Part shown: positions 15,507 to 15,836 of the stretch, piece by piece
Layout: every line of letters begins with the position of its first letter
Position numbering within the stretch: position 1 is the first letter of the stretch
DNA from: Candidatus Krumholzibacteriia bacterium
GTDB lineage: Bacteria > Krumholzibacteriota > Krumholzibacteriia > WVZY01
Direction: 5' to 3'
Assembly (NCBI GenBank): GCA_036478295.1
Contig: JAZGDW010000154.1
Coordinates: 1 to 15,836 of the forward strand
DNA length: 15,836 nucleotides
Translations under genes and position numbers: made by a program
The notes under the pieces: generated by a model
What the model was told of the DNA's origin: nothing
Seen by the model: only the letters and a program-made list of their open reading frames with translations
Databases searched by the model: none

Positions 15507-15836
15507 ATGGCACCTCTCACTCGACACGCCTTTCTCGCCTTGATCCTCGTGCAGGCGGCACACTCCATCGAGGAGTATGTCTTCAAGCTCTACGAGGTAT
15601 TCGCGCCGGCACGAGCGGTTAGCGGGCTCGTGAGCGATAACCTCGCCGCAGGGTTCGTGATCGTAAATGGTCTGTTCGTCGCATTCGGGGTCTGGTGTTA
15701 CCTCGCGCGCGTCCGACCGGACCGCCATCCGCGCCCAATTGGATGTGGCCGTGGGTCCTGATCGAGGTCGCCAACGGGTTCGGCCACTCCACGGTAGCCC
15801 TCGTTCGAGGAGGCTATTTCCCCGGTGTGGCTACGG
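15507..15836 (+). pseudogene. HXXEE-domain membrane protein, frameshifted at about 15725 and running off the window end
   Basis: The first frame contains AAHSIEEY. The -1 frame from 15725 continues PSAPNWMWPWVLIEVANGFGHSTVALVRGGYFPGVAT, which resembles the family's C-terminal half. Confidence 0.75.

Overview
GC-rich bacterial window. The FlgD-Ig/T9SS-like 'PNPFNP...SGVYF' C-terminal domain and a dockerin-like secreted protein suggest an FCB-group organism such as Krumholzibacteriota/Latescibacterota (inference). Bases 1-10.6 kb look like core chromosome. On the minus strand are a heparinase II/III-family lyase, a ferredoxin-reductase-type flavoprotein, thyX, a DUF3524/GTDC1(QTMAN)-like glycosyltransferase and a Cys/Met PLP enzyme. 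Next come an alpha/beta hydrolase (+), a lipoprotein thermonuclease (-) and a TPR protein (+) with a sigma54/IHF-type upstream region and an intrinsic terminator. At 10.66-11.0 kb is a non-coding block with a perfect 22-bp inverted repeat and 4-5 tandem copies of TCYGTCAACAACCCAAC. From about 11.16 kb to the window end is a run of short, co-oriented, unrelated genes separated by eroded attC sites. This reads as an integron gene-cassette array with no integrase in the window (CALIN-like), whose recombination cores are mostly mutated. The repeat block sits where intI would normally be.
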